Shown here piece after piece: positions 1-14,837 of a stretch of 24,000 nt of DNA. The notes beneath the pieces are model-generated. The model was not told where the DNA came from, made no database searches, and worked only from the letters and a program-made list of their open reading frames with translations. Positions within the stretch are counted from its first letter, which is position 1, and each line of letters begins with the position of its first letter. The translations under genes and the position numbers were made by a program. Origin of the DNA: Moritella marina ATCC 15381 (GTDB taxonomy: Bacteria > Pseudomonadota > Gammaproteobacteria > Enterobacterales > Moritellaceae); contig NZ_CP044399.1 of assembly GCF_008931805.1 (NCBI RefSeq), positions 2,815,370 to 2,839,369 of the forward strand. The letters run 5' to 3'.

Positions 1-430
1 CCATCATCGCCAAGCTGGTTACTTACAAGCATTAACTGAACAGGATCTCAGCCTAAACCTGGACTACATTGTCGCAGGACAACCGACGGATGAAGGCGGT
101 GAAGTAGCAATGACAGAGCTATTAGCGCGTAAACTACCGATTACAGCCGTGGTTTGTTATAACGATTATGTCGCTGCAGGGGCATTAGCAGCACTTGAAA
201 AACAGCATATTGCTGTACCGAATGATATCTCTTTGATGGGATTTGATAATGGTTTGATTGCCAAGTACTTACATCCTAAACTGACGACGATGCACTATCC
301 AATTCAGACCATGGCCGAGCAAGCTGCTGAATTATCTTTAGCATTAGCAAAAGGCAATAACAGTGCCATTCACGGCAAGGTATTTGAAGCTATATTGGTG
401 GAACGATTATCCGTGGCTAAACGCGTTTAA
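1..430 (+). CDS. galR: LacI-family repressor, GalR/GalS-like; C-terminal part only (5' end lies outside the window)
   Basis: The frame is open from position 2 to TAA at 428-430. The translation HHRQAGYLQALTEQ...GGEVAMTELLARKLPITAVVCYNDYVAAGALAAL...ISLMGFDN...LTTMHYPIQTMAEQAAELSLALA...LVERLSV is colinear with the E. coli GalR C-terminal sugar-binding domain as I recall it (MTELL...FTAVACYND.MAAGA...ISLIGFDD...LTTVRYPIVTMATQAAELALALA). GalR and GalS cannot be told apart from this fragment. Confidence 0.7.
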   Translation, partial: HHRQAGYLQALTEQDLSLNLDYIVAGQPTDEGGEVAMTELLARKLPITAVVCYNDYVAAGALAALEKQHIAVPNDISLMGFDNGLIAKYLHPKLTTMHYPIQTMAEQAAELSLALAKGNNSAIHGKVFEAILVERLSVAKRV

Positions 431-440
431 GCTTGTCATA

Positions 441-3146
441 TCAAGTATAAGCGGCAATTTTTTCAAACACGATATCTTTATTAAAAGGTTTCGCCACATA
501 ATCATCCATGCCAGATTGGTAGCATTTTTCAATATCTTCGGCAAATACACTGGCGGTTAAGGCGATAATAGGCAGCCGTTTTTTCGTTTGCTGTTGCTCC
601 CATTCACGAATAGCGCCTGTGGCAGTGAAACCATCCATCACCGGCATCATACAATCCATTAATACCAAAGAATATGTGATCGACTCAGCTTGGATCATTT
701 CTAACGCTTCTTTTCCGTTATTTGCTAAAGCGACAATAAAACCTTCTTTTTTAAGTAATAGCGTCGCCACTTTTTGATTAATAAGGTTATCTTCGACAAC
801 TAAAATAATTTTCTCGGCACTGTCATCATTAAAGGCTCCATCATTTGTTATATTGCCATCTTCCTTGCTGACTTTTAATTTCTCAATAATTAATTTGTCC
901 GTACTACTTGATAACAGTGAACTATCTTGAAGTGAGCAACCTTGAAGTAAGCTATTGTTAGGTGATTTATCTAGCGCTTTGCGCACGACTTTAGCAAAAC
1001 GTTTTCCTAATACTGGCAGGGTGATCAGCCCATCCAGACTGTGCTTAAAGACCGCATGATTCAAATCAATATACTCATTCTGTTTTGTGCAAAGCACTAA
1101 AGCTGGGTTGTGCTCTAACGCATGCAATTTTTCGATATCAACAAGTGTCACTTCGGCACTATTTTGGCAATAAATAATCAGCGCATATTGCTTCGAAAGC
1201 GTCATTAAATGAGTATTTGGTGTTATTAATGTCGGATTAAGTCCCCATTTTAAACACTCCAATTGTAATTGCTGTGCGTCCTTATTTTGCTCACTGATAA
1301 TTAAGCATGGCATACCTTTCAAGGGGTTGGATACAATACTGTTTGATTCGTCTTTGGCTACAACGCTTGAGTCGATTTTTGATTCAACGACAGCGACATC
1401 CAGAGAGAAATAAAATTGGCTGCCTACCCCCTTTACAGATCTAAGCTTAATTTTACCGCCGAGCAGTACCACTAATTGACGACAAATAGCTAACCCAAGT
1501 CCGGTACCACCAAACTGGCGGGTGATAGAACCATCTTCCTGTGTAAAAGGCGCAAAGACCTGATCTAATTTATCCTCACCGATCCCAATCCCAGTATCCT
1601 GCACTGTAAATAGCAATCGTCCTCTGCCCCTAGCTCGAAGGGCATTATCTTGCGACTGACAGCCTTGCGGTTCATAACCCACCGATAGCGTCACCGACCC
1701 CTGCAGGGTAAACTTCACCGCATTCGACATCAAATTCATCAATATTTGATGTAAACGGTGTGCATCTATCATCACTAATTCCGGCAGTGCAGGTGATAGT
1801 TCAACCTGTAATGATAAACCTTTTTCAGCCGCTTTACTCTGTACTATAGTGACCGTGTCATACACCACTTCCGCGACATTCGATTCTTGAGCCACCAGCA
1901 CAAGATGACCTGATTCTATTTTCGATAGATCTAAAATATCGTTAATCAGTAATAATAATATTTTCGATGAGGTGTCTATGGTTTGTAAATATTCCACCTG
2001 CACAGGGGTTAACTCTGTGCTAGCAAGAATATCCGACATACCAATAATGCCATTTAATGGCGTGCGAATTTCATGGGACATATTCGCTAAAAAAGAGGTT
2101 TTCGCTTTGGTTGATGATTCCGCTTTTATTTTTTCTATCTCGAGGTATTCAGTCTTCTTATTAAAGGAACTAATCAAATGCGCAATTTCATCTTTATAAC
2201 GATAATTAATATCGATAAGTTCACCGACATCACTTTCATTAATTTGCTTGGATATTCTCGTAATAGGATTGATTAACCAATGATTTATAATGTAATAGCC
2301 AAAAATAACACAGACTAATAACAACGGTATAATGCCCATTTCAATATTAACAATTTGCGTATAAACAGCATCAGCTACGGTATGCTGAGAGTTAATCACT
2401 TCAAGCTGCCAATTAAATTGATCCAAGCTACTATTAACAACGTACATCCCTTCGAGTACATTAAATTTATAGTCTGCGATGGCAATATTTTCGCTGTAAA
2501 TACGCACACCTAATTGATGTTCTTCGGCATGAGATTCAATCAGACCGACCATGCCTTTTAACGAAATATCTATCGTTGCTACACCCGCAAATTGACCATT
2601 ATTAAAATACGGTTGTGATGCAGTGATCATTTTTTGCTTGGTGAAAGGGTCAACATATACCGCTGACCAGGATATTTTAAGATGGCTATTTTCGTGGGCG
2701 ACAGAGGTATACCAAGGCTCTAGCTGATAAGGTGCTGCAGCAGGGTTATTATAATCATTAATGAATTCAACATTGCCCTTTTTATCACGGGAAAAGAATA
2801 AACTCGCTAATTTTTTTGTTGGAATTAAGGTGTTGGGTTCAGGCCAGATACCACCACTGATAATGATGTCATTGCTCTGATTAAATACCGAAAAAATCAT
2901 GTTCTCGAGTACGTCGATAGGATAATCACTTACCGCTATGCCGACTAGTCCATGCAAAGTGGCGACTGAACGATCTAAAGGTTCTTCAATCTCGTGGGCG
3001 AGTAACTGAGTTCTTAAATTAAGGTTATTTTCAAGATTATCACGGATAGGTGGTTCGACGACATAATAGGTAATGCTGGCAATGATGGTAATGAGTAAAC
3101 AAGTATAAAAACCCAGTGCTATAATACTTTTTTTCTTTAAATACAT
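441..3146 (-). CDS. Hybrid sensor histidine kinase/response regulator with a periplasmic Cache-like sensor domain
   Basis: 901-aa ORF. Order of elements: TM1 ([23 protein letters not shown]); a ~240-aa extracytoplasmic Cache-like region (EPWY...[19 protein letters not shown]...[11 protein letters not shown]); TM2 ([20 protein letters not shown]); HisKA H-box [18 protein letters not shown]; HATPase_c boxes ([27 protein letters not shown]); an Asp-less receiver-like segment; and a bona fide C-terminal receiver ([12 protein letters not shown]...[13 protein letters not shown]...ALTA...AKPF). No Hpt domain is present. The stop lies 10 bp from the galR-like stop, so the two genes are convergent. 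Confidence 0.85.
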   Translation of the reverse strand: MYLKKKSIIALGFYTCLLITIIASITYYVVEPPIRDNLENNLNLRTQLLAHEIEEPLDRSVATLHGLVGIAVSDYPIDVLENMIFSVFNQSNDIIISGGIWPEPNTLIPTKKLASLFFSRDKKGNVEFINDYNNPAAAPYQLEPWYTSVAHENSHLKISWSAVYVDPFTKQKMITASQPYFNNGQFAGVATIDISLKGMVGLIESHAEEHQLGVRIYSENIAIADYKFNVLEGMYVVNSSLDQFNWQLEVINSQHTVADAVYTQIVNIEMGIIPLLLVCVIFGYYIINHWLINPITRISKQINESDVGELIDINYRYKDEIAHLISSFNKKTEYLEIEKIKAESSTKAKTSFLANMSHEIRTPLNGIIGMSDILASTELTPVQVEYLQTIDTSSKILLLLINDILDLSKIESGHLVLVAQESNVAEVVYDTVTIVQSKAAEKGLSLQVELSPALPELVMIDAHRLHQILMNLMSNAVKFTLQGSVTLSVGYEPQGCQSQDNALRARGRGRLLFTVQDTGIGIGEDKLDQVFAPFTQEDGSITRQFGGTGLGLAICRQLVVLLGGKIKLRSVKGVGSQFYFSLDVAVVESKIDSSVVAKDESNSIVSNPLKGMPCLIISEQNKDAQQLQLECLKWGLNPTLITPNTHLMTLSKQYALIIYCQNSAEVTLVDIEKLHALEHNPALVLCTKQNEYIDLNHAVFKHSLDGLITLPVLGKRFAKVVRKALDKSPNNSLLQGCSLQDSSLLSSSTDKLIIEKLKVSKEDGNITNDGAFNDDSAEKIILVVEDNLINQKVATLLLKKEGFIVALANNGKEALEMIQAESITYSLVLMDCMMPVMDGFTATGAIREWEQQQTKKRLPIIALTASVFAEDIEKCYQSGMDDYVAKPFNKDIVFEKIAAYT

Positions 3147-3263
3147 TCAACCACCGTAAAAACGAATAACTTGTCTAGTAGTATAAGTAATCCCAGTCTT
3201 TTGCATTAAAAAATTAGCTTAACTATGATCTAAGCCGCATTTATTTTTACTAACAGATCCCTT

Positions 3264-3294
3264 AATAAGCCCTCCCAATTGGCAAGGGCTTATT
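3264..3294 (-). terminator. GC-containing hairpin ~90 nt downstream of galM; possible gal operon terminator, but it lacks a U-tract
   Basis: A perfect 10-bp inverted repeat, AATAAGCCCT (3264-3273) / AGGGCTTATT (3285-3294), with an 11-nt loop. Neither strand has a T-run after it, so an intrinsic-terminator function is uncertain. Confidence 0.25.
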
Positions 3295-3384
3295 CTAGAA
3301 AATAATAGCGGGAGGACGATAGCAATAATTTGAAGAATAACATCATAAACTGGTTAATACTTAATACGATGAATCGTGTAAGCA

Positions 3385-4479
3385 CTAATCGAACGACAGA
3401 TTAAACTGATATCGAGTTTGTTGTTGATAAATCGTTCCAGGTTGCAATATGCTGCTTGGGTGCTCCCAATCAGGATGGTTTAACGCATCTGGTACAAACT
3501 GAGTTTCTAACGCGATCCCCGCATAGTCTTGATACTCGCCCCCCATACGATCAGCCGTGCCTGCTAGCCAATTACCACTATAAAGTTGCATGGCAGGTTT
3601 GCTGGTAAACACATCCAAACTCACTCGATTATCTGGCGATGTTAATCTCGCGGCTAACGCACCTGCTAGACAACGTTTATCTAACACAAAAGCATGGTCG
3701 TAACCTTTCGCCGCTTGCTGTTGCATATCGAGCATAAAGTCTTGTTCAATACGTTTTTCAATGGTGAAATCAAAGTTGCCACCCTGTACGCTCAACCACT
3801 CACCAGTCGGGATCCCGACTTCATCGGTCGGTACAAACACATCACTATTAATGCTTAAGCTGTGTGTTAGTGCTAATTGACCACTGTCCGCGCCTAACAA
3901 ATTAAAATAGGCATGATTGGTTAAGTTGATCGGGGTTGCTTGGGTGGTATTACCGCTATAACTGATCACCACTGCATTATCATCAGTAAGCTGATATTTG
4001 ACCCTGACGGTTAATTCACCCGGAAAACCTTGGTCGCCATCGGGTGAAACTAATTCAAACTCAATACTATTTTCGACACGATTATCCGTCGCAGTCCAAC
4101 GGCGTTTATCAAATCCTACAGTGCCACCATGCAAGGTATTACCTGCTTGGTTGATATCAACTTGATATGCAACCCCAGCAATAGAGAACTGGCCTTTAGC
4201 GATACGATTAGCCACACGCCCAACCGTTACACCCATGTAACTTTGCTGCTGCTTAAAATCAGCCATAGTCGCTTGCCCAAGTAATACTTCGCGCAATTCA
4301 CCTATATGACTACCGACACCTGAGACCGGTAGTTTACAGCTTAACCATGCAGCGCCTATGTCCATCAACATGATTGTCATGCCATTATTATTCTGCAGTT
4401 CAAACAACTGAGCTGGGCGACCATCAAAGGCCACCTCAGCTGTCATGCTGTCGAACAAACTTGATTGTTCAATCATCAT
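3385..4479 (-). CDS. galM: Aldose 1-epimerase (galactose mutarotase)
   Basis: 364 aa, colinear with E. coli GalM as recalled (GRVANRIA, NTLHGG..GFDKRRW, SPDGDQGFPG, NLTNHAYFNL, KGYDHAF, LQLYSGN). It is the last gene of the galETKM string. The start is either ATG 4479 or 4476 (MM...). Confidence 0.9.
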   Translation of the reverse strand: MMIEQSSLFDSMTAEVAFDGRPAQLFELQNNNGMTIMLMDIGAAWLSCKLPVSGVGSHIGELREVLLGQATMADFKQQQSYMGVTVGRVANRIAKGQFSIAGVAYQVDINQAGNTLHGGTVGFDKRRWTATDNRVENSIEFELVSPDGDQGFPGELTVRVKYQLTDDNAVVISYSGNTTQATPINLTNHAYFNLLGADSGQLALTHSLSINSDVFVPTDEVGIPTGEWLSVQGGNFDFTIEKRIEQDFMLDMQQQAAKGYDHAFVLDKRCLAGALAARLTSPDNRVSLDVFTSKPAMQLYSGNWLAGTADRMGGEYQDYAGIALETQFVPDALNHPDWEHPSSILQPGTIYQQQTRYQFNLSFD

Positions 4480-4480
4480 T

Positions 4481-4518
4481 CCTATACCTATACCTATACC
4501 TATACCTATACCTATACC
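4481..4518. repeat. Perfect hexanucleotide microsatellite (CCTATA)6 plus CC; it reads (GGUAUA)n/(AUAGGU)n on the gal mRNA strand
   Basis: Read directly: cctata x6 followed by cc. It fills most of the 52-bp galK-galM spacer and ends 1 nt before the galM ATG (mRNA ...GGUAUAGGUAUAGGAAUGAUG). Confidence 0.95.
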
Positions 4519-4531
4519 ATAGAGATTAAGC

Positions 4532-5716
4532 CTATACAGCTGATACTAATCCAGCACCATTTTTAGCTTGGCACACATAGATAGATTCTTTTAACCCCGT
4601 CGCAGGCTCATACAATTCTTCCACCGCACTACGTACTGAATCGACTAATGCCGGTGGTACTAATGCAACGATACAACCACCAAAGCCACCACCAGTCATG
4701 CGCACGCCACCTTCAACGCCGATAACATTTTTGACGATATTAACCAAGGTATCCACTTCCGGTACAGTAATTTCAAAATCATCACGCATTGACGCATGGG
4801 ATTCTGCCATCAGCTCAGCAATACGTTTAATGTCACCTGCAGCCAGCATACTTGCCGCTTCAACGGTACGGTCATTTTCGCTGATCACGTGACGAGCACG
4901 TTTTGCGACCATCTTATCCAACTCATGTTCTTTGGCATTGAATGTTTCGATAGAGACATCGCGTAATGCTTTCACACCAAAGATACGCGCAGCTTCTTCA
5001 CATTGTTCACGGCGAGTATTGTATTCAGAATCCACTAGTCCGCGCTTTTTATTCGAATTGATAATCACGACAGACATGTTTTCTGGCATGGATACGGCTG
5101 TTGTTTCAAGACTACGGCAATCGAGTAACATGGCATGATTTTCATTGCCTTGTGCTGACACCATCTGATCCATAATGCCGCAGTTACAACCGACAAATTC
5201 GTTTTCAGCTTGCTGACCGTTTAAAGCGACTTCCGCTTGGCTGATATTTAATTTATATAACTCTTTAAATGTTTGCCCGATAACCACTTCTAACGCTGCC
5301 GATGAACTCAATCCAGCACCTTGTGGTACATTACCTGTTACTGCAATGTCAGCACCGTTAAATTCAAAACCACGTTCAAGCAAGCACTTCACCACACCAC
5401 GAATGTAATTCGCCCACATTTTATTGTCTTGAAACGTAATAGGCTGGGTAATATCAAATTCATCCGTGGCATTATCATAATCAACGGCAACCACACGCAC
5501 GATATTGTCATCACGGGTTGCTGCTGCCACCACGGTTTGATAGTTAATTGCACAAGGCAATACAAAACCATCGTTATAATCGGTATGCTCACCAATTAGG
5601 TTCACACGACCTGGCGCTTGCACAATATGAGTAGGTGCATAATTAAGTACTGAGTTAGGTGAATCGTTAAGTACTGCGTTGAATGCATTTTTTACGTTTT
5701 CAATTAAATTGGTCAT
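4532..5716 (-). CDS. galK: Galactokinase
   Basis: Carries the galactokinase signature [24 protein letters not shown] and the GHMP motif GAGLSSSAA. The ORF-track start (5767) would overlap galT by 32 nt. ATG at 5716 is preceded by AGGA 8 nt upstream and gives an N-terminus (MTNLIENV...) of the same length as E. coli GalK. Confidence 0.9.
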   Translation of the reverse strand: MTNLIENVKNAFNAVLNDSPNSVLNYAPTHIVQAPGRVNLIGEHTDYNDGFVLPCAINYQTVVAAATRDDNIVRVVAVDYDNATDEFDITQPITFQDNKMWANYIRGVVKCLLERGFEFNGADIAVTGNVPQGAGLSSSAALEVVIGQTFKELYKLNISQAEVALNGQQAENEFVGCNCGIMDQMVSAQGNENHAMLLDCRSLETTAVSMPENMSVVIINSNKKRGLVDSEYNTRREQCEEAARIFGVKALRDVSIETFNAKEHELDKMVAKRARHVISENDRTVEAASMLAAGDIKRIAELMAESHASMRDDFEITVPEVDTLVNIVKNVIGVEGGVRMTGGGFGGCIVALVPPALVDSVRSAVEELYEPATGLKESIYVCQAKNGAGLVSAV

Positions 5717-5735
5717 CTGTTGTTTCCTATTTTCA

Positions 5736-6821
5736 CTATGCTTTATAATGTACGTCGCTGACATCACGCAGTTTTTGCGCAGCTTGCTCGGCGGTTAAAT
5801 CGCGCTGGCTTTCGGCTAACATTTCATAACCAACCATGAATTTACGTACTGATGCAGAACGCAGTAATGGCGGATAGAATAATGCGTGTAATTGCCAATG
5901 TTCTACATCCGTACCTTCTGCAAAAAACGGTGCGTAATGCCAGCCCATTGAATAAGGGAATGAACATTGAAACAGATTGTCATAACGGCAAGTCAGTTTC
6001 TTAATCGCTAACGCTAAGTCATCGCGCTGCGCTTCAGTTAATTCGCTCATGCGGCGGATATGGGTTTTGGGCAACAACATAGTTTCGAACGGCCACGCCG
6101 CCCAATACGGCACAACAGCAAGCCAATGCTCTGTTTCAACGACTGTACGTTCACCGTCTTGTAATTCTGATTCCACGTAATCGACTAATAAGTTCGAACC
6201 GTGTTCTTGCTGATACGCTTTCAGTAGCTTTTCTTTACGTTCAATTTCGTTAGGTAAAAAACTATTCGCCCATACTTGTCCGTGTGGATGCGGTTGTGAA
6301 CAGCCCATTGCCGCGCCTTTATTCTCGAACGCTTGTACCCACAGATATTCTTTACCTAATTCTTCAATTTGTTCATTCCAGGTATCAATCACACCGCGGA
6401 TCTTTGCCACTGGCAGCTCTGGTAACGTCTTGCTGTGATCCGGTGAAAAACAAATAACGCGACTTAATCCACGTACACCTTCAGTTTTAAACAACGGATT
6501 AGCTGATTTAGGCGCTGCAGGTGAATCGGGCATTAGTGCAGCAAAGTCATTACTGAATACATAAGTACCGTCGTAATTTGGATTTTCATCACCGGAAATA
6601 CGTTTGTTGGTTGGACATAAAAAACAGTCCTTGTCATACGTCGACAATTCCGCCGTATCAGGTTCTTCATCTTGACCACTCCACGGGCGCTTTGCGCGGT
6701 GCGGTGATACCAAGATCCACAGTCCCGTTAACGGGTTATAACGACGATGCGGATGATCAATTGGGTTAAACTCTTTGTTACAATCTTCATTACATTCTTG
6801 GGTAGACTCTAAACTAGACAT
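5736..6821 (-). CDS. galT: Galactose-1-phosphate uridylyltransferase
   Basis: Matches include [29 protein letters not shown], the active-site motif [13 protein letters not shown], and [20 protein letters not shown], all near-identical to E. coli GalT as recalled. The ORF-track start (6872) would overlap galE by 47 nt. ATG at 6821 lies 4 nt after the galE stop, with AAGGA upstream. Confidence 0.9.
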   Translation of the reverse strand: MSSLESTQECNEDCNKEFNPIDHPHRRYNPLTGLWILVSPHRAKRPWSGQDEEPDTAELSTYDKDCFLCPTNKRISGDENPNYDGTYVFSNDFAALMPDSPAAPKSANPLFKTEGVRGLSRVICFSPDHSKTLPELPVAKIRGVIDTWNEQIEELGKEYLWVQAFENKGAAMGCSQPHPHGQVWANSFLPNEIERKEKLLKAYQQEHGSNLLVDYVESELQDGERTVVETEHWLAVVPYWAAWPFETMLLPKTHIRRMSELTEAQRDDLALAIKKLTCRYDNLFQCSFPYSMGWHYAPFFAEGTDVEHWQLHALFYPPLLRSASVRKFMVGYEMLAESQRDLTAEQAAQKLRDVSDVHYKA

Positions 6822-6825
6822 AAGC

Positions 6826-7836
6826 TTAATATCCTTGTGGATTAGTTGACTGCCAGCGCCATGTATCGGCACTCATTTCCATGACATTGCGGCTGGCTTT
6901 CCAACCTAAATCTTTTTCTGCTTTTTGGGTATCAGCCCAACATTCAGCGATATCACCAGCGCGACGTGGACATACTTGATATGGGATAGGCTGACCAGAG
7001 GCTTGTGCAAACGCATTGACCATTTCTAATACACTTGAGCCAGTGCCAGTGCCGAGGTTGTAAATATGTAAACCGGACTTGGCACCCACAGTGGTTAATG
7101 CAGCAATGTGGCCATCGGCTAAATCCATCACGTGAATATAATCACGAACGCCAGTACCATCAGGAGTTGGATAATCATCGCCAAATACCGACAGCGACTC
7201 ACGACGACCGACAGCCACCTGGGCAATAAACGGCATTAAATTATTTGGGATCCCTTGTGGATCTTCCCCCATGGTGCCAGACGGATGCGCGCCAACCGGG
7301 TTGAAGTAACGTAGTAACGTAATGCTCCAATCATTATCGGCAGCAAACAGATCTGAATAACATCCTTCAATGATGTATTTACTGCGCCCATAAGGATTGG
7401 TTGTTGCACCTGTTGGTGAATTTTCAGTAATCGGTACTATCTCTGGATCGCCATACACAGTTGCAGAAGAACTAAATACAATGCTTTTGACATTGGCTTT
7501 ACGCATTGAACGCGCCAGTACCAATGAGCCGTTCACATTGTTATCGTAGTATTCCAGTGGTTTTAGCACTGACTCGCCAACCGCTTTTAACCCAGCAAAA
7601 TGGATCACAGAAGAAATAGTATGCTCAGTGAAAATACGGTCGAGGAAAGCTTCATCACGCACATCTCCCAGATAAAAAACAGGACGTACCTGCGCTAATG
7701 CTTCAATACGATCGAGTACAGCTAGTTTACTATTATCTAAGTTATCGATAATGATAGGCTCGATGCCTGCTGCTATCATCTGTACACATGTATGACTACC
7801 GATATAGCCCATCCCGCCTGTTACCAGTACTTTCAC
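6826..7836 (-). CDS. galE: UDP-glucose 4-epimerase
   Basis: 336 aa with the Rossmann motif [13 protein letters not shown] and the catalytic YGRSK (YxxxK). It has a GTG start at 7836 preceded by GGGAG 8 nt upstream. It is the first gene of the gal operon. Confidence 0.92.
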   Translation of the reverse strand: MKVLVTGGMGYIGSHTCVQMIAAGIEPIIIDNLDNSKLAVLDRIEALAQVRPVFYLGDVRDEAFLDRIFTEHTISSVIHFAGLKAVGESVLKPLEYYDNNVNGSLVLARSMRKANVKSIVFSSSATVYGDPEIVPITENSPTGATTNPYGRSKYIIEGCYSDLFAADNDWSITLLRYFNPVGAHPSGTMGEDPQGIPNNLMPFIAQVAVGRRESLSVFGDDYPTPDGTGVRDYIHVMDLADGHIAALTTVGAKSGLHIYNLGTGTGSSVLEMVNAFAQASGQPIPYQVCPRRAGDIAECWADTQKAEKDLGWKASRNVMEMSADTWRWQSTNPQGY

Positions 7837-7907
7837 AATGAATTCTCCCGTGATCTTGAATACAAAATAGGTAAATCTATAAGATATTTGAGTACCCTAC
7901 CGATCAA

Positions 7908-7923
7908 ATGTAAACGTTTCCAC
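7908..7923. promoter_or_regulatory. Candidate GalR/GalS operator (external operator type) upstream of galE
   Basis: ATGTAAACGTTTCCAC matches the E. coli galOE sequence GTGTAAACGATTCCAC, as I recall it, at 14 of 16 positions. It is a near-palindrome around a central CG (TGTAAACGTTTcCA) and lies 72-87 bp upstream of the galE GTG. Confidence 0.55.
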
Positions 7924-7938
7924 AAAAACAACTACCAA

Positions 7939-7957
7939 TTAGTAAACATTTTACTAA
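7939..7957. promoter_or_regulatory. AT-rich perfect palindrome in the galE/ebgR divergent region; candidate EbgR (LacI-family) operator
   Basis: TTAGTAAA-cat-TTTACTAA has 8-bp perfect arms and a 3-nt spacer. It contains the 11-mer TTTTACTAAAA (7949-7959), which recurs upstream of ebgA at 9309-9319. It lies ~85 bp upstream of the ebgR ATG. Confidence 0.3.
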
Positions 7958-8040
7958 AAGTGAGATTTAGGTATCAAAACTCCTATTTTTTCCGTAAAAT
8001 ACCCCCCTAAAAGAATAATAATGACTGGGCTGGAGGATGA

Positions 8041-9036
<996 letters not shown>

Positions 9037-9064
9037 GCTTTAATCCCCTCAATAATGAAATGAA

Positions 9065-9096
9065 AGCAGTGTATTACTACGCTGCTATTTTCCTTC
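9065..9096 (+). terminator. Probable intrinsic terminator of ebgR
   Basis: A 9-bp stem (AGCAGTGTA 9065-9073 pairing with TACGCTGCT 9078-9086, one G-U pair) and a TTAC tetraloop, followed by ATTTTCCTTC. It lies 28 nt after the ebgR stop. Confidence 0.5.
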
Positions 9097-9308
9097 AAGC
9101 CTCCTTTAACTCTGCCTTTAACTTTCATTCGCCTTTATTTATCGATCAATGCGTTATTAACATTTAAAATCACGCATTAACATCACTAGATCTACATCAC
9201 ATTAGCACCACAAGCTCGTTACATCGAAACCTCTCGTTAACGTTAGCCAGCTCACAAACCTCACCATCAAGTGTGATCAAGTTAAAACTAAAACAACATT
9301 TCCATTTG

Positions 9309-9328
9309 TTTTACTAAAACTTTAGTTA
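9309..9328. promoter_or_regulatory. Candidate EbgR operator upstream of ebgA
   Basis: The sequence is TTTTACTAAAACTTTAGTTA. It contains the palindrome ACTAAA-ac-TTTAGT (9313-9326) and the 11-mer TTTTACTAAAA shared with 7949-7959. It lies ~70-85 bp upstream of the ebgA GTG and just upstream of a good -10-like TAAAAT (9355-9360). Confidence 0.3.
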
Positions 9329-9329
9329 A

Positions 9330-12931
<3,602 letters not shown>

Positions 12932-12998
12932 CTAAAAACAACACTGAATAAATACTAATAATTATAAAAATCAGATCTAACGAAAGACAGGGAAATGT

Positions 12999-13035
12999 GC
13001 TTCAACAATTCATTTTAAAAACGACTTGTTGAAGC
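12999..13035 (+). other. Perfect 10-bp-stem hairpin in the ebgC/permease spacer; not a canonical terminator
   Basis: GCTTCAACAA (12999-13008) pairs with TTGTTGAAGC (13026-13035) around a 17-nt AT-rich loop. It is followed by CTCCAGCTCCCCC rather than a T-run. Confidence 0.5.
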
Positions 13036-13060
13036 CTCCAGCTCCCCCTACACTAAATAG

Positions 13061-14512
<1,452 letters not shown>

Positions 14513-14550
14513 ACCTATATTAGAAATAGATAGTTTCTAAAATAAGCGTT

Positions 14551-14597
14551 AAGGCACTGATACTATATAGAAATAAATAGTATCAGTGCCTTTTTTG
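14551..14597 (+). terminator. Rho-independent terminator of the ebgAC-permease unit
   Basis: A perfect 15-bp stem, AAGGCACTGATACTA (14551-14565) / TAGTATCAGTGCCTT (14578-14592), with a 12-nt loop, followed by TTTTTT. It lies 39 nt after the permease stop. Confidence 0.85.
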
Positions 14598-14628
14598 TTA
14601 TTTTGAAGAAAGACACAAGATAAAACAT

Positions 14629-14673
14629 GACCCCACCCTAGCCCTCCCCTTAAGAAAAGGGAGGGGACTAAAC
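14629..14673 (+). repeat. REP-like GC-rich palindromic element, copy A (C-rich arm first on the + strand)
   Basis: GACCCCACCCTAGCCCTCCCCTTAAGAAAAGGGAGGGGACTAAAC aligns with the reverse complements of copies B and C (C-box1 / 2 nt / C-box2 / TTAA-A-rich loop / G-box). The GC-rich island stands out in an AT-rich spacer. Confidence 0.6.
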
Positions 14674-14733
14674 AGCACCCACAAGTACAACTACAGACAC
14701 AACATATCGTCACAAATGTTAATTGGTAATGAA

Positions 14734-14788
14734 GTCTTTCCCCTCCCCTTTTCTTTTTAAGGGGGAGGTTGGGAGGGGGTCCTTAAAC
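14734..14788 (-). repeat. REP-like GC-rich palindromic element, copy B (inverted relative to A)
   Basis: The sequence is GTCTTTCCCCTCCCCTTTTCTTTTTAAGGGGGAGGTTGGGAGGGGGTCCTTAAAC. CCCCTCCCC and GGGGGAGG form a hairpin, followed by a second G-box GGGAGGGGG. By eye it is roughly 85% identical to copy C. Confidence 0.6.
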
Positions 14789-14791
14789 AGA

Positions 14792-14825
14792 CAAAAAAAT
14801 ACCCATCAACCTAAGCTGATGGGTA
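14792..14825 (-). terminator. Rho-independent terminator of aroC
   Basis: On the minus strand, a stem of ACCCATCA/TGATGGGT (14801-14808 / 14817-14824, plus one flanking T-A pair) with an 8-nt loop is followed by a TTTTTTT run (complement of 14793-14799). Confidence 0.75.
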
Positions 14826-14837
14826 ATTGATAATAAT

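Noticed and set aside
363-560. A 65-aa plus-strand ORF bridging the galR-like 3' end and the kinase 3' end.
   Set aside because: It is out of frame with the GalR-like CDS and antisense to the well-supported receiver domain of the kinase, and it has no independent support.
3376-3390. The exact 15-mer GTGTAAGCACTAATC occurs twice, at 3376-3390 (overlapping the galM stop) and at 18493-18507 (26 nt after the sixA stop). Both copies are at the 3' ends of minus-strand genes.
   Set aside because: In 24 kb of AT-rich sequence compared with itself on both strands, roughly one chance 15-mer match is expected. There is no extended similarity or secondary structure around either copy, so I treat it as coincidence unless a genome-wide search shows enrichment.
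5717-6872. N-terminal extensions suggested by the ORF track for galK (to 5767), galT (to 6872), prmB (to 17113), smrB (from 17102) and the permease (from 13070).
   Set aside because: The extensions have no counterpart in the E. coli orthologues and would create 32-47-nt gene overlaps or divergent-gene overlaps. Downstream starts have better SD sequences.
7742-7751. The perfect palindrome TTATCGATAA inside the 5' part of galE, considered as an internal GalR operator (OI analogue).
   Set aside because: It matches the GalR consensus poorly outside the central CG. It is explained by the codons for IIDNLDN. It also lies ~169 bp from the external operator candidate rather than the ~113 bp known for E. 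coli.
7792-8010. A 72-aa plus-strand ORF covering the galE start and the galE/ebgR control region.
   Set aside because: It overlaps the galE N-terminus in antisense and the operator and promoter region, it has no SD, and its translation is low complexity.
9235-9248. CGTTAACGTTAGCC, with the TAACGTTA palindrome around a central CG, considered as a second GalR-type operator upstream of ebgA.
   Set aside because: Only about half of the positions match the TGTAAnCGnTTACA consensus, and an 8-bp AT-rich palindrome is weak evidence.
9272-9287. CRP-like half-sites: TGTGATCAAGTTAAAA at 9272-9287, and TGTGAT on the reverse strand of 9196-9201.
   Set aside because: Only one good TGTGA half-site is present in each case. 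The second half (TAAAA, TCTAG) matches TCACA at 2-3 of 5 positions, and the spacing to plausible -10 elements is not canonical.
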